A stretch of 39,237 bases of DNA from Chlamydiota bacterium. GTDB lineage: Bacteria; Chlamydiota; Chlamydiia; Chlamydiales; VGMA01. This document shows, one piece after another, positions 38,084 through 39,237 of this stretch. The notes under the pieces are model-generated. The model was not told the origin of the DNA. It did not search any database and was given only the letters and a program-made list of their open reading frames with translations. Numbering within the stretch: the stretch's first letter is position 1; the number at the start of each line of letters is the position of its first letter. Position numbers and translations under genes: made by a program. Location: assembly GCA_016866575.1 (NCBI GenBank), contig VGMA01000002.1:1-39237 (forward strand), given 5' to 3'.

Positions 38084-38808
38084 TACCTCGCTATAATAAA
38101 TTTCTTAATTTGTTGCCAGCGTAAAGAATTTTGTTTTTGAATGAACTGTTTTAATACTTTGTTTTCTTTAGTCCCAAAAAGAATAATCTCCTCTTCAGTC
38201 ATTCTAACTAAAGCACCTAGACTTCTTGTTTGCTTTAAGGCCCGCTGAAATATTTTCATATCTCTTTGTAAAATCACCCCACGCCAAAGGAAAAATAAAA
38301 CAGGAAAGAGCATTCCCCAAAGGGATAAAAAAGGGGGAATTAAGGTCAAAAAGAAAAGCCAAGGCTCCCACATAAAGCGAAAAATAGGCCCTAGTCTTCT
38401 TCGAAATGAGCTATTAGAGCTCTGATAAGCCAAAATCTCTTCAAAGCGATCGCCTGAGAGATCTGCTCGAAAGACATGTAAAGCTTCATGAGCTAAGACC
38501 TCTTCTATGCCATAGCCCAAAAACACTCTTGTAGACTCAAAGCTTTTTTGCATTTCTATGAAAGCAAAGCCTGATTCATCAATCACAGTAACAGCAGGAT
38601 GCCAAAAAGGTAGATGCTCTTTAGCAAAAGTAACAGCGATGAGATCTGGAGAGAATTGATAGAGCTTTTCAATGCATTCTCTATCGACGATATCTGTGAT
38701 TTTTTTATAGTTAGGGTCGTTAAAGACCCTAACTCTTGACTCTAGCCGTTTTTTGTATGTTTCTAGATCTTCATCATCTCGAGCTAGTAAAGTCTCTAGT
38801 TGCACCAT
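38083..38808 (-). CDS. hypothetical HExxH-motif membrane protein (putative metallopeptidase-like)
   Basis: LAHEALHVF...EEILAY gives HExxH plus a downstream Glu. A hydrophobic hairpin follows (WEPWLFFLTLIPPFLSLWGMLFPVLFFLW). The stop overlaps the downstream start by 1 nt (TAATG). The start is either ATG 38808 or TTG 38844. Confidence 0.65.
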   Translation of the reverse strand: MVQLETLLARDDEDLETYKKRLESRVRVFNDPNYKKITDIVDRECIEKLYQFSPDLIAVTFAKEHLPFWHPAVTVIDESGFAFIEMQKSFESTRVFLGYGIEEVLAHEALHVFRADLSGDRFEEILAYQSSNSSFRRRLGPIFRFMWEPWLFFLTLIPPFLSLWGMLFPVLFFLWRGVILQRDMKIFQRALKQTRSLGALVRMTEEEIILFGTKENKVLKQFIQKQNSLRWQQIKKFIIAR

Positions 38809-38827
38809 AGACTTAACTATAGCAAAT

Positions 38828-39237
38828 CTAGAAAGCTTCAGCAACCACTTGCTCTTGTGTTTTCTTTAAGCAGTTCACAAAAGGTTCTTGCTTGATAAAC
38901 ATATCAAGCGCTTCTTTAGCAAAAAACTCAGATCCTAGACTTGTGACATCATAGATGTGCGCGACTTGCTTGATATTTCTGCAAGCAATTAGGGCACTAT
39001 CATCATGGTGATGATTTGGCCATTTAGCCAAAAACTCTCTTGAACTAATCTCTGGCTCTTCTTTGATCCATTTCTGCAAATCAGATTTTCTGTATAAATT
39101 TGCAAAATAGGAAGGATCTTTTTCAAATAGCTTTCGATCTTCTGAAGAAAAAGCAACACCAAAAAGCCCCTCTTTCACGCTAGGATAGGCAATTACATGT
39201 TGATAGTCTGGAACTATATCTTTGTTAAGATATAAAG
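38828..39237 (-). CDS. hypothetical protein, C-terminal part (open reading frame continues past the right window edge)
   Basis: The ORF-track start at 39178 is a GTG. The frame stays open upstream to 39237 (..LYLNKDIVPDYQHVIAYPSVKEGLFG..). No motif recognised. Confidence 0.6.
   Translation of the reverse strand, partial: LYLNKDIVPDYQHVIAYPSVKEGLFGVAFSSEDRKLFEKDPSYFANLYRKSDLQKWIKEEPEISSREFLAKWPNHHHDDSALIACRNIKQVAHIYDVTSLGSEFFAKEALDMFIKQEPFVNCLKKTQEQVVAEAF

Overview
Dense 39.2-kb chromosomal segment: about 40 protein genes and one tRNA. I saw no rRNA, CRISPR array, transposase or integrase. Several features point to the phylum Chlamydiae: a TLC/Npt nucleotide transporter, an RsbU-type PP2C phosphatase, sigma-54, a groES-less GroEL, and a small protein with an Inc-like bilobed hydrophobic domain. 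The gene order also matches what I remember of Chlamydia trachomatis (npt/pgsA/sohB-polA-coaE-rho, eno near rsbU, ahpC-groEL2 ... uvrD-rpoN). Extra genes (leucine dehydrogenase, NamZ-like muramidase, GT28-like transferase) suggest an environmental chlamydia-like organism rather than Chlamydiaceae; this placement is inference, not a database result. Housekeeping genes form tightly packed blocks, many joined by ATGA start/stop overlaps. Between the conserved blocks sit lineage-specific genes flanked by very AT-rich spacers, and these are the most interesting parts. (i) 14.7-18.0 kb holds a GT28-like glycosyltransferase, an Inc-like protein and two tandem paralogous secreted proteins. (ii) 24.3-25.5 kb holds a divergent Ser-rich protein and a small acidic protein. 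(iii) 26.9-28.9 kb holds a 588-aa protein with a 91-aa tandem repeat, translationally coupled to a 74-aa ORF. (iv) 30.8-32.4 kb holds a 536-aa Ser-rich protein. (v) 36.8-39.2 kb holds a four-gene minus-strand operon (unknown / HExxH membrane protein / GT-A-like / 6-TM protein). I found no recognisable defence system or mobile element, and all functional calls for the hypothetical genes are hypotheses.
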